From contig NC_068983.1 in NCBI RefSeq assembly GCF_001194135.2, positions 10,862,435 through 10,903,517 of the forward strand: a stretch of DNA of 41,083 nucleotides, in the 5' to 3' direction. Numbering within the stretch: position 1 is the stretch's first letter; each line of letters begins with the position of its first letter. Positions 1-11,133 of the stretch are shown here, one piece after another. Origin of the DNA: Octopus bimaculoides (taxonomy: Eukaryota). The notes under the pieces were generated by a model that saw only the letters and a program-made list of their open reading frames with translations, was not told the origin of the DNA and searched no databases. The translations under genes and the position numbers were made by a program.

Positions 1-326
1 CTGGTGAAACCGGATGGCAACACCAGGCTCCAATCTGATTTGACAGAGTTTCTACAGCTGGATGCCCTTCCTAACGCCAACCACTCAGAGAGTGTAGTGG
101 GTGCTTTTACGTGCCACCGGCACAAGGGCCAGTCAGGCGGTACTGGCAATGGCCACGCTCAAAATGGTGTATTTTATGTGCCACCCGTACAAGAGCCAGT
201 CAAGGGGCACTGGCAACGATCTCGCTCGAAAATCCTTACACATGTCACAAGCTCAAGTGCCAGAAAAGTGACGCTGGGCACAGGTGCTATCCCGATTTCG
301 CTTTCGCTTGCCCCAATAAGTCTTGA
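1..326 (-). mobile_element. RTE-clade LINE 3' UTR fragment (family B), cut by window start
   Basis: High similarity to the longer copy at 7370-8010, including the ggatgcccttcctaacgccaaccac core and the internal ~65-nt units. Confidence 0.8.
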
Positions 327-497
327 GTCCACATATACATGCACACACACACACACAACAGCATATACATTATATACATACATTGGTGTATGTGAAAGTA
401 CGTGAGTGAGTGCATAATTGTGTATGTCGACATTTTGTGGCTGAAGGTGTGGGAATAACTTCTGCATACATACTGACATATGTTAGTATCTTGCAAT

Positions 498-680
498 CTC
501 AACCTGCTAGAAATGACAGGAATGTCTCCATCAAATTACACTTCATCTTTTAAAAGAGGACACTTAGACAAATGAATACAATATAGCAAAAAAAAACAAC
601 AGAAAATAACAGACTGGATATTCATGGTTGGATTGTTGTGACCAAAGATTTGTTTGATTGGATTCAACATGAAGCTCAGT
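498..680 (+). mobile_element. Diverged SINE-like repeat, family F
   Basis: ctcaacctgctagaaat resembles gctcgacctgctagaaatag at ~27353; the rest is decayed. Confidence 0.35.
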
Positions 681-1094
681 AACATCAGCAACATATATTA
701 GCATTTGTGTATGAGCATACAGATATTATAAGTATATGTATATATGTATATATATATAAAATATATAGTTTTAGGGAAAATAACCAATTTTCAAGAACTC
801 ATCGATGAAAATCCACTATCACATATAGAAAAATTAATAATTAAAAGCACAATAAATGAGTATAATATAAAGTAAAGTAAATATCATAAGATAAATATAA
901 TAAAAAGATTACACGTGTTTCATAACCAATTTTCAAATAGAAAAGAAATTTAAATCGATTAAAATCAATTGAAATTATCGAAAATAAATTCTATTCAAAA
1001 ATATAGCTACTCGTCAGATCATAAGTAGAACAATAATTAGATATATATCTCAACCAACAATAAGTACCAAATGAATTAATATGAAATACTTATT

Positions 1095-1448
1095 NNNNNN
1101 NNNNNNNNNNNNNNNNNNNNNNNNNNNNNNNNNNNNNNNNNNNNNNNNNNNNNNNNNNNNNNNNNNNNNNNNNNNNNNNNNNNNNNNNNNNNNNNNNNNN
1201 NNNNNNNNNNNNNNNNNNNNNNNNNNNNNNNNNNNNNNNNNNNNNNNNNNNNNNNNNNNNNNNNNNNNNNNNNNNNNNNNNNNNNNNNNNNNNNNNNNNN
1301 NNNNNNNNNNNNNNNNNNNNNNNNNNNNNNNNNNNNNNNNNNNNNNNNNNNNNNNNNNNNNNNNNNNNNNNNNNNNNNNNNNNNNNNNNNNNNNNNNNNN
1401 NNNNNNNNNNNNNNNNNNNNNNNNNNNNNNNNNNNNNNNNNNNNNNNN
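1095..1448. other. Assembly gap (N run)
   Basis: Ns in sequence. Confidence 1.
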
Positions 1449-1487
<39 letters not shown>

Positions 1488-1995
1488 AGTATGTATGTAG
1501 AGGGGTTAGGTGAGGCTAGGAGATCAACATATGGTGAAAGAAAACGAAAAGGAAATGAGAGAGAAACTCAGTGAAATACAGGCTTCAATAATGACTACAA
1601 AATATAATGAAGAGATTAAGAAAGTGAGTGCAAGAGAGGGGGGAGTGAGTGAATGAGGGTGTGAGTGAGTGAGCTAAAGTGGGATGTGAGTGTGATTGAA
1701 TTAGAAGAGAGAAAATGGAAATTGTGTGAGAGAGAAGGTGAGTGAGTGTTAGTGGAAAAGAGAGACTGTGAATGAAGAAGAGAATATATATGAGTGAGGG
1801 AGGTGGGGAGAGGGGATGTGATTGGTTGAGAAAGAGTGAGTGAATATATGAAAGGAGGAGTGGGAGAAAGATTGGGGTTGTGAGTGAGAGAAAGAGAGTG
1901 ACTGTAAGTGAGCGAAAGAGTGAGAAAGAAAGAGAAGCCAAAAAAGAGTGGGAAAGCAAGTGGGGAAGAAGAAGTTTGTGAAATTTAGAAAGAGA
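1449..1995. repeat. (AG)n microsatellite grading into purine-rich GA/GAGT low-complexity tract
   Basis: Direct inspection; it explains the spurious Ser/Leu/His-rich minus-strand ORFs. Confidence 0.9.
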
Positions 1996-2004
1996 CTAAG
2001 TGTG

Positions 2005-2095
2005 ATAAGTCTGGAGGTCGATTTGTTCAACTAAAGGCAGTGCTCCAGCATGGCCACAGTCAAATGACTGGAACAAATAAAAGAATAAAAGAATA
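2005..2095 (+). mobile_element. SINE family A, 3' fragment
   Basis: ggtcgatttgttcaactaaaggcagtgctccagcatggcc plus aaaagaat tail matches the 3' end of full copies. Confidence 0.8.
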
Positions 2096-2644
2096 CAAAT
2101 GCACATGCACAGACGCACATGAGCAAACAGACACACATAAACACTAACATATTTAGATTCATTTAAAGACATTGTTATGCATGTAATAAAATTTTCTTGT
2201 TCTTTCTTCGTTTTTCTTTATTTCATCTCTCCCTCTCATTATCACACACATCCAAAATTAGAGGAAATCTATTTTTCATCATCATCAGCACCATCATTTT
2301 ACATCTACTACCTATGCCAGCATGGGTTTGATGAATGGTCATGGTTTGAATCAGTTCTTATCCAGAGTTATTGCCCTTCTACACAGCCTTTAAAAAACGT
2401 CCTACTTGCACGTGCCACTTATGGTATGATTTCAAAGGGTCGAACTCCTTTACGGTTTGCTAGAGATGTTGTCTTATTTTTGATAGGATTAAAGAGTCCC
2501 CTCTACCTTGTTTTTTTCTCTGTTCTTTTAAGGCGAAATGACCAAGAGGATAAACGGAAGAAAGAGAACCAGGATGTGAGAGAATCGTTGAAGAGAGAGA
2601 ACTAGGGTACAAGAGGAAGAACAGGATGAAGAAAGAAGGTGAAC

Positions 2645-2977
2645 AGGCGCAGGAGTGGCTGTGTGGTAAGTAGCTTGCTTACGAACCACATGGTTCTGGG
2701 TTCAGTCCCACTGCATGGCACTTTCAGCAAGTGTCTTCTACTATAGCCTCAGGCTGACCAAAGCCTTGTGAGTGGATTTGGTAGACGGAAACTGAAAGAA
2801 GCCCATCGTATATATGTATATATATATATATGTATGTGTGTGTGTATGTTTGTGTGTCTGTGTTTGTCCTCCCAATTTCACTTGACAACCGATGCTGGTG
2901 TGTTTACGTCCCCGTAACTTAGCAGTTCGGCAAAAGAGACCGATAGAATAAGTACTAGGCTTACAAAGAATAAGTCC
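2645..2977 (+). mobile_element. tRNA-headed SINE family A (5' part, runs into gap)
   Basis: Head aggagtggctgtgtggtaag with A-box-like TGGCTGTGTGG and B-box-like GGTTCAGTCCC; conserved core gtgagtggatttggtagacggaaactgaaagaagcc; internal TA/TG microsatellite. About 15 copies or fragments in the window. The core resembles the V-SINE domain as I recall it (unverified). Confidence 0.9.
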
Positions 2978-3842
2978 NNNNNNNNNNNNNNNNNNNNNNN
3001 NNNNNNNNNNNNNNNNNNNNNNNNNNNNNNNNNNNNNNNNNNNNNNNNNNNNNNNNNNNNNNNNNNNNNNNNNNNNNNNNNNNNNNNNNNNNNNNNNNNN
3101 NNNNNNNNNNNNNNNNNNNNNNNNNNNNNNNNNNNNNNNNNNNNNNNNNNNNNNNNNNNNNNNNNNNNNNNNNNNNNNNNNNNNNNNNNNNNNNNNNNNN
3201 NNNNNNNNNNNNNNNNNNNNNNNNNNNNNNNNNNNNNNNNNNNNNNNNNNNNNNNNNNNNNNNNNNNNNNNNNNNNNNNNNNNNNNNNNNNNNNNNNNNN
3301 NNNNNNNNNNNNNNNNNNNNNNNNNNNNNNNNNNNNNNNNNNNNNNNNNNNNNNNNNNNNNNNNNNNNNNNNNNNNNNNNNNNNNNNNNNNNNNNNNNNN
3401 NNNNNNNNNNNNNNNNNNNNNNNNNNNNNNNNNNNNNNNNNNNNNNNNNNNNNNNNNNNNNNNNNNNNNNNNNNNNNNNNNNNNNNNNNNNNNNNNNNNN
3501 NNNNNNNNNNNNNNNNNNNNNNNNNNNNNNNNNNNNNNNNNNNNNNNNNNNNNNNNNNNNNNNNNNNNNNNNNNNNNNNNNNNNNNNNNNNNNNNNNNNN
3601 NNNNNNNNNNNNNNNNNNNNNNNNNNNNNNNNNNNNNNNNNNNNNNNNNNNNNNNNNNNNNNNNNNNNNNNNNNNNNNNNNNNNNNNNNNNNNNNNNNNN
3701 NNNNNNNNNNNNNNNNNNNNNNNNNNNNNNNNNNNNNNNNNNNNNNNNNNNNNNNNNNNNNNNNNNNNNNNNNNNNNNNNNNNNNNNNNNNNNNNNNNNN
3801 NNNNNNNNNNNNNNNNNNNNNNNNNNNNNNNNNNNNNNNNNN
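2978..3842. other. Assembly gap (N run)
   Basis: Ns in sequence. Confidence 1.
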
Positions 3843-4090
3843 GTATATATGTATATATATATATATGTATGTGTGTGTGTATGTTTGTGTGTCTGTGTTT
3901 GTCCTCCCAATTTCACTTGACAACCGATGCTGGTGTGTTTACGTCCCCGTAACTTAGCAGTTCGGCAAAAGAGACCGATAGAATAAGTACTAGGCTTACA
4001 AAGAATAAGTCCCGGGGGTCGATTTGTTCGACTAAAGGCGGTGCTCCAGCATGGCCGCAGTCAAATGACTGAAACAAGGTAAAGAATAAA
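3843..4090 (+). mobile_element. SINE family A, 3' half
   Basis: Matches family A; the first ~170 nt duplicate 2808-2977 including private variants. Confidence 0.9.
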
Positions 4091-4281
4091 CAATTTAATA
4101 TTTCTTTTTACTCTTTTTACTCTTTTTTTAAATGTGATTTTAATATGTAATGTAAATGTTATTTGTTTGATGGAGGGGTATAGTTTGCATTGTCCAATAT
4201 AGATAAAATGTCTTTTTAAATTTTTCTATGTCAAAACAATAATGTATGTTATAAGAAATAATACAAGTCAATGGTAAGCGC

Positions 4282-4400
4282 CCACCAAATCCACTCACAA
4301 GGCTTTGGTCGGCCCGAGGCTATAGTAGAAGACACTTGCCTAAGGTGCCATGCAGTGGGACTGAACCCAGAACCATGTAGTTGGTAAGCAAGCTACTTAC
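4282..4400 (-). mobile_element. SINE family A, 5' fragment
   Basis: Reverse complement of the family A head and core. Confidence 0.85.
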
Positions 4401-4421
4401 ATACATATGTGTGTGTGTGTA

Positions 4422-4641
4422 TCATCATCATCATCATCATCGTTTAACGTCCACTTTCCATGCTAGCATGGGTTGGACGATTTGACAGAGGACTGGTGAA
4501 CCAGATGGCTGCACCAGGCTCCAATTTAATCTGGCAGAGTTTCTACAGCTGGATGCCCTTCCTAACGCCAACCACTCCGAGAGTGTAGTGGGTACTTTTA
4601 CGTGCCACCGGCACGAAGGCCAGTCAGGCAGTACTGGCAAC
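4422..4641 (-). mobile_element. RTE LINE 3' end (family B) with (GAT)n tail
   Basis: (cat)n tail followed by cgtttaacgtccactttccatgctagcatgggttggacg. Confidence 0.85.
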
Positions 4642-4823
4642 ACCCACCCTCATTGCCAATATGACCAAGGAAGCCATGCAGACGCATGGCTGGGAAGTGC
4701 TGTCACACCTGCCATACTCTCCTGATTTGGCACCAATGGATTTCCACCTCTTTCGATCTCTTTCAAATGCTATGCACGGAGTTTCATTCAATACTGATGC
4801 AGAATTGAGAGCTTGGTTGGATC
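4636..4823 (+). mobile_element. Mariner transposase catalytic-domain fragment, runs into gap
   Basis: Translation GWEVLSHLPYSPDLAPMDFHLFRSLSNAMHGVSF contains the mariner YSPDLAPxDFHLF motif. Upstream GNTHPH, one frameshift away, resembles a decayed DNARPH. Confidence 0.9.
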
Positions 4824-5324
4824 NNNNNNNNNNNNNNNNNNNNNNNNNNNNNNNNNNNNNNNNNNNNNNNNNNNNNNNNNNNNNNNNNNNNNNNNNNNNN
4901 NNNNNNNNNNNNNNNNNNNNNNNNNNNNNNNNNNNNNNNNNNNNNNNNNNNNNNNNNNNNNNNNNNNNNNNNNNNNNNNNNNNNNNNNNNNNNNNNNNNN
5001 NNNNNNNNNNNNNNNNNNNNNNNNNNNNNNNNNNNNNNNNNNNNNNNNNNNNNNNNNNNNNNNNNNNNNNNNNNNNNNNNNNNNNNNNNNNNNNNNNNNN
5101 NNNNNNNNNNNNNNNNNNNNNNNNNNNNNNNNNNNNNNNNNNNNNNNNNNNNNNNNNNNNNNNNNNNNNNNNNNNNNNNNNNNNNNNNNNNNNNNNNNNN
5201 NNNNNNNNNNNNNNNNNNNNNNNNNNNNNNNNNNNNNNNNNNNNNNNNNNNNNNNNNNNNNNNNNNNNNNNNNNNNNNNNNNNNNNNNNNNNNNNNNNNN
5301 NNNNNNNNNNNNNNNNNNNNNNNN
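4824..5324. other. Assembly gap (N run)
   Basis: Ns in sequence. Confidence 1.
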
Positions 5325-5355
<31 letters not shown>

Positions 5356-6363
5356 GCACACACACACACACACGTATATGTGTGTGTATGTGTGTGTGTA
5401 TGTATGTGTGTGTCTGTGTATGTATGTATGTATGTATGTATGTATATAAGTAGACACATACATTTATTATTTTATCTGATTTTGTTTTTTATAGAGAAAG
5501 TTTTTGTGTGTTTTGATTTGACTTATAGATGATTGGAATGTGTAAAATCTATTTATTGCAATTACATGAATTCCATGCATTATTTATTTCATATATATAA
5601 CAACTCATTGGATTTCCACACTTTGTCAATTATTTTCTGTCTGTTATTTTTGGTAAATAAGTTAAGGGGTGATGTACATATTACTGTACACACAGTTTAA
5701 AAAAAAAAATTTAATTACTTCAGATTTCTCTCTCAGTTTGAATATCAACATATATACAGCCTACAGAGCACAGATCAATTGAGAAAGAATTATAAATATA
5801 GAAAAATGGCCAAAAACTATTCATAATTCTTTATCTTAGCCTGCAAATACAGATTAGACTTACCTTCCCCTTAGTTCATTCATTTGTTTGCCCCTTATGT
5901 TGTTTGTTCATTTTATGGCTATTTTTTTATGCTAGTATGGGTTTGATGAATACATATTATTGAGGCATTGTTTTACAGCTAGCTGTTCATTATGTTGTTA
6001 ATTTTTACCTGTTTTTAAAATAAGGGATTTTTTCTATTTCACATGTTTTCAAAGTAGAAGGTTTGTAAATTAACTTTGAAAAGTAAATTTTTAATGTTCT
6101 AAAATTAGTTTGCTTTTTTTACTTGCCATTTTGCCTTGTCCTTGGTCACAAACGCCAAGCAGATACTATCAAACACTCTGCCTTACCGGATGTACAGGAT
6201 ATCAGCCCACACATTGGCAAAAACGTCCTTCAGTTCATCTGTACAGGTCATACAAAACGCCCACTACACTTCATGAGACAGTGGAATGACAACTTTCTCC
6301 TTGCTTCCTCTTGGACAAGTTCCTTGGGAACTAGAGTCCCTTGTGCCACACTTCTACTACACC

Positions 6364-6776
6364 TCTTTACTCTTTTACTCTTTTACTTGTTTCAGTCATT
6401 TGACTGTGGCCATGCTGGAGCACTGCCTTTAGTCGAGAAAATCAACCCCAGGACTTATTCTTTATAAGCTTAGTACTTATTCCATTGGTCTCTTTTGCCA
6501 AACCGCTAAGTTACGGGGACATAAACACACCAGCATCGGTTGTCAAGCGATGTTGGGGGACAAACACAGGCACACAAACATATACACGCGCATACATATA
6601 TATATACATATGTACGACGGGCTTCTTTCAGTTTCCATCTACCAAATTCACTCACAAGGCTTTGGTCGGCCCAAGGCTATAGTAGAAGACACTTGCCTAA
6701 GGTGCCACGCAATGGGACTGAACCCGGAACCATGTGGTTGGTAAGCAAGCTACTTACCACATAGCCACTCCTGCGC
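6364..6776 (-). mobile_element. Full-length SINE family A
   Basis: Complete head, core, microsatellite and (AAAAGAGT) tail on the minus strand. Confidence 0.9.
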
Positions 6777-6881
6777 TTTTTTAATTTCTATTTTCTAAAT
6801 TTTATCAAACTTCCTTATTGGACAAAACATTTGCAATGGTGTGAATGCAAGGCTGCATATTCTTGTCATTTTTATTGTGTT

Positions 6882-7097
6882 AGGGCAGTATGCTGGCAAG
6901 ACTGTTAACCTGCCAGACAAAATGCTTCATTTGTCTTTACATTCTGAGTTCAAGTTCCATAAAGATTAACTTTGCCTTTTNNNNNNNNNNGGGGGGGAAT
7001 GAAATAAGTACCAGTTGTGCACTGGGGTTGATGTAATCAACTTACCCACTTCCCATAAATGTCAAGCCTTGTGCCTATAGTTGAAAGGATTATTATT
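6882..7097 (+). mobile_element. tRNA-headed SINE family C
   Basis: gctggcaag..gttag head, ttctgagttcaa B-box-like motif, aataagtaccagttg..ctggggttgatgtaatc core and (ATT)n tail; similar copies at 10293, 14030 and 19327. Confidence 0.75.
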
Positions 7098-7369
7098 GCA
7101 ATGGTTTAAGTTAAGTCATTAAAATGACACTTATTTGTGTCAAAAAAACCCCCACAGAAATGCCATTATTATGAATTTTGTTTTTTCATTATATTTGCAT
7201 CCTGTTTGACAATATTCTTGTCGTTTCTCTTTTCATTTGATTTTTTTGTGTAGTAGCCGAGGCTTTTGTTTAAAAAAAACATTTCTCACCAACATTTTGT
7301 AATGAATGTTGGCTAACAAGAAAAGTACTCAGACAAGTCTCAAAATCAAAGTCAAATAATAATAACAAT

Positions 7370-8010
7370 CATCATCATCATTTAACATCCGCTTTCCATG
7401 CTAGCATGGGTTAGACGATTTGATTGAGGACTGGTGAACCAGATAGCTACACCAGGCTCCAATCTGATTTGGCAGAGTTTCTACAGCTGGATGCCCTTCC
7501 TGACGCCAACCACTCCGAGAGTGTAGTGGGTGCTTTTACGTGCCACTGGCACGAGTGTCAGTCACGCGGTACTGGCAACGGCCACGCTCAAAATGGTGTA
7601 TTTTATGTGCCACCTGCACAGGAGCCAGTTCAGNNNNNNNNNNAACGATCTCACTCGAATGTCTTTTCACGTGCCACCGGCACAAGTGCCGGGAAGGCGA
7701 CGCTGGTAACGATCACGCTCAAATGGTGCTATTTACATACCACTGGCATGGAAGCCAGACAGCTGCTCTGGCAACGATCACACTTGGACGGTTTCGCTTT
7801 CGCTTGCCCCAACAGGTCTTCGCAAGCCGAGTTTAGTGTCCAATCAAAGAAAAGTACGCATAAGTGGGCTGGCTACACCCCTGGCAGAGGCCTTGGATTA
7901 TGGTCTCACTTGGCTTGCCGGGTCTTCTCACACACAGAATATTTCCAAAGGTCTCGGTCACAAGTCATTGCCTTAGTGAAGCCCAATGTTCGAAGGTCAT
8001 GTGTCACCAC
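7370..8010 (-). mobile_element. Longest RTE-clade LINE 3' end (family B), including the ORF C-terminus
   Basis: Minus strand 8010-7906 reads VVTHDLRTLGFTKAMTCDRDLWKYSVCEKTRQAK*, resembling the RTE ORF C-terminal pattern (DL..LG....A.DR..W). It is followed by a ~530-nt 3' UTR and a (GAT)n tail. Confidence 0.75.
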
Positions 8011-8588
8011 TGGTGGTGGCTATGTAGAGAAGGACTAATAATTATGCCAAGTTGCGTTTATCCCAGTCCTAGGAAAGTGGGTCAGGGGAAAACTTTAATG
8101 AACATCCCTCATATATGGAAGTATGTATTAATATTTTAAATGTGCACACATATACATACACACTTACACACACACACACACACACACACACACTGGTACT
8201 GGTTGGGTTCTCATTGATGTTTTTTGTTGTTGTTATTCATTCTGTTATTGTTTTCTGTTGCATGTAGAGGTCATCTTGCACCTCTTTTTGAAACACAAGT
8301 TATTCAAGTATTAGCAAATGAAATTTTCATTAGAGTACTTGTATAAAGAATTATAATTGCTTAAGGAAGGCCTACTCTTGGTACCCAGAGTAGACAACAT
8401 CAAAAATTTCACAAACTTTTGAAATTATATTTGCACATAGTGCATTTTCACATCCACATCACAATTATGCTTCATGACTAAACACCACCTTAACATTAAA
8501 AAAAAACCCACAAAATCAAATCACACTAAATGTACAAGATGAAGGAAAAAGCTGAACAGTTTAGTGAACAATTAACAGAAGAAATGCC

Positions 8589-9064
8589 ACCAACCACATG
8601 GTTCCGGGTTCATTCCCACTGCGTGGCACCTTGGGCAAGTGTCTTCTACTATAGCCTCGGGCCGACCAAAGCCTTGTGAGTGGATTTGGTAGACGGAAAC
8701 TGAAAGAAACCTGTCGTATATATGTATATATGTATGTGTGTGTATATGTACGTGTGTCTGTGTGTGTGTGTCCCCCCCCCCCNNNNNNNNNNNNNNNNNN
8801 NNNNNNNNNNNNNNNNNNNNNNNNNNNNNNNNNNNNNNNNNNNNNNNNNNNNNNNNNNNNNNNNNNNNNNNNNCCCCCAACATCGCTTGACAACCGATGC
8901 TGGTGTGTTTACGTCTCCGTAACTTAGCGGTTCGGCAAAAGAGACCAATAGAATAAGTACTAGGCTTCCAAAGAATAAGTCCTGGGGTTGATTTGCTCGA
9001 CTGAAGGTGGTGCTCCAGCATGGCCGCAGTCAAATGACTGAAACAAGTAAAAGAGTAAAAAGAG
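8589..9064 (+). mobile_element. SINE family A (internal N gap)
   Basis: Family A core and tail. Confidence 0.9.
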
Positions 9065-9471
9065 TATAGTAAGGACTAATAAAGCTTGAGATGCAGAAAA
9101 GAGTTGGACTTAAGTAATAGTGAAGAGTTCCTTTCATTTCTAAGTGGATACAGCAAAGGAAAACTTGACATTATTTCTACTATACTCGGCTGTGCTCTGG
9201 CTTGCTTGTGGCAAGAGATGAGAATGTGAGTTCTCTGGTGGGAATGTCAAAACACTGCCACTGCCCCTGGTGAGTTTTTGCTTTAACACAAAGAAAAGCA
9301 GGCAAAAAAAATGTCATAGAACACTCAACTAAGTTCTATATGGCAATTCTAAGTTCACTGCAAGCTGAATGGTAAATTATCAGGGCATGTCACTTGACCC
9401 AAATGTGGACCAGACCCAATGGTCAGGGTTGTGAGGTTTCAATTCTAGGTCTCACTACAAAACTGTAAAAA

Positions 9472-9779
9472 TCATTATTATTATTCAGTAGTTTTATTTT
9501 TATAGCGTGCTTTCACTTCACTACCGAGCGCAGCTCTGTGTGCCTTGGGTATGTGCTGTGGTTTGCTGTGATGCTCTTATGGTTACTGTATTGAAAATGT
9601 TTTGCGTAGTATGTGTGCAGTGCCCAGTAGTGCAATTTTCTGTATGTTATATATACTTGTAAGTCCTGGTGTTTTTGTTATGTATATGTCTGAATATTTT
9701 TTTATCATACCTAATGCGCCTACTATGATAGGAATTGTTTCTGTTTTTAGATTCCACATTCGAGTTACCTCTATTTCTA
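9472..9779 (-). mobile_element. R4/Dong-clade non-LTR retrotransposon 3' end, copy 1
   Basis: Minus-strand peptide EIEVTRMWNLKTETIPIIVGALGMIKK...IQKIALLGTAHILRK is the C-terminus of a restriction-like endonuclease domain; short 3' UTR and (AAT)n tail. Confidence 0.8.
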
Positions 9780-10246
9780 TTATTGTTATTATTATTATTA
9801 TTATAGACGCCACACAGTATACAATATTGTGAGGTTGTTGATTGAAGATATTGTCTCTACCGGGGGTTTGTACTGTTTGTCAAGTCACAACAAGGACCTC
9901 AGACATTCAGTACTTCACACAATATGCGTGCAGTTCCAAGTAATGCCGACTTTTACAATATACCTAGATTGTAGGGTATTTCTAAAGTTTTAAGGTGTTT
10001 TTTTAGATTGGGTGGTATTGAACCCAATGCTCCGATAATAAACAGGGATAACCTTTATGTTTGACTCTCGTAGCTGCCACATCTTAGTGATCTCAATTCT
10101 CAGGTCTCCACATTTATCAACCTTTTTCTCTTTCTTTCATGATGATATGTTGATCTCCTAGCACTGGCGCATCAGTTATTGGACACTCTTGTTTGTCCCT
10201 CCTAAAGGTTACTATATCTGGCCTTCAGTGTTCTAATACCTTGTCT
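9780..10246 (-). mobile_element. R4/Dong-clade non-LTR retrotransposon 3' end, copy 2 (different subfamily, pseudogenised)
   Basis: With two frameshifts and stops it reads RPDIVTF...EK/DKCGDLRIEITKMW...IPV/IGALGSIP...KSALLGTARIL, a PD-(D/E)xK RLE domain; (AAT)n tail at 9780-9803. Confidence 0.8.
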
Positions 10247-10250
10247 ATTA

Positions 10251-10291
<41 letters not shown>
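10247..10291. repeat. (TTA)n microsatellite
   Basis: Direct inspection. Confidence 0.95.
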
Positions 10292-10292
10292 T

Positions 10293-10500
10293 AGGAATGA
10301 AGATGTTGAGCTGGCAGAATTGTTAGTGTGACAGAAAAAATGCTTAGCAGTATTTCTACTGACTTAACATTCTGTGTTCAAATTCCACCTAGGTTGATTT
10401 TACCTTTCATTCTGGGGTTGATAAAATACATACCAGTTGAATACTGGGGTTGGTGTAATCGACTTACCTCACCTCCAAAATTTGAAACCATTATTATTAC
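10293..10500 (+). mobile_element. SINE family C
   Basis: gagctggcagaattgttag head, ttctgtgttcaaattcc, core and (ATT)n tail. Confidence 0.8.
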
Positions 10501-10998
10501 TGAATGGTTAAGGAATTTAACTAAACTTTGGACTATTAGTTTGCTTTAACCTAATAATTTTCAGTGTAATCTCTATGATGATCCTCTTTTACATCCAAAT
10601 ATGTTAACTTTTACAATGATAAGAAAATTCAAAACAAAAAGCTTTATTTATAAGCCAATTAAGTGATACTATTTTGTCAGTCCTATAAATAACTTGTTTA
10701 TCCTTGTCACAATAATGCTTTACAGTGCAATCATGATAAAAGAAACAAAGTCTCAAATAAACCTGGGTTTTCAGTGAAGTATAGATTTGAGACAGCATGT
10801 AAGACATATCTGTAGAACTAAGTTTAACAGGGACAACTTAATAGGAATCAGTTGATAGAGAAATATTAAATAGATTTTGGAATTGTGCTTGTTTAGCAAC
10901 TACTTGATCTGAGATCTTAGCCACTGTAGCCATTTCAGAACAAGTAAAATGTATTACATTCTCTTCCCTCTTCCATTTATCTTTTAAAAATACCTAAT

Positions 10999-11127
10999 AG
11001 GCACAGGTGTCGCCACAGGTTACTGATTCAATTCCACTGCAGTAGCACCTTGAGTGAGTATCTTTTACTTTAGTCCTGGGCCAACCAAAGCCTTGTGAGT
11101 AAATTGGTAGCTGGAAACTGAAAGAAA
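10999..11127 (+). mobile_element. Diverged family A-like SINE head and core
   Basis: ttcaattccactgcagtagcaccttgag...gggccaaccaaagccttgtgagt...ggaaactgaaagaa. Confidence 0.7.
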
Positions 11128-11133
11128 CTTTTT

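Noticed and set aside
4-405. Recurrent ORF family (MKPDG...LQLDALPNANHSESVVGAF...) at 4, 7424, 21060, 21845 and 34466
   Set aside because: Chance open frames in the antisense of the RTE 3' UTR; stops and starts differ between copies and there is no domain similarity.
1516-1550. 18-nt match (gctaggagatcaacatat) to Dong copy 2
   Set aside because: Too short and embedded in low-complexity sequence.
2645-2715. tRNA-like A/B boxes in SINE heads as tRNA genes
   Set aside because: No full cloverleaf; each continues into a SINE body.
2808-4012. Apparent tandem duplication of a SINE A segment (2808-2977 = 3843-4012)
   Set aside because: Identical copies with the same private variants flank an N gap; most likely overlapping contig ends, not biology.
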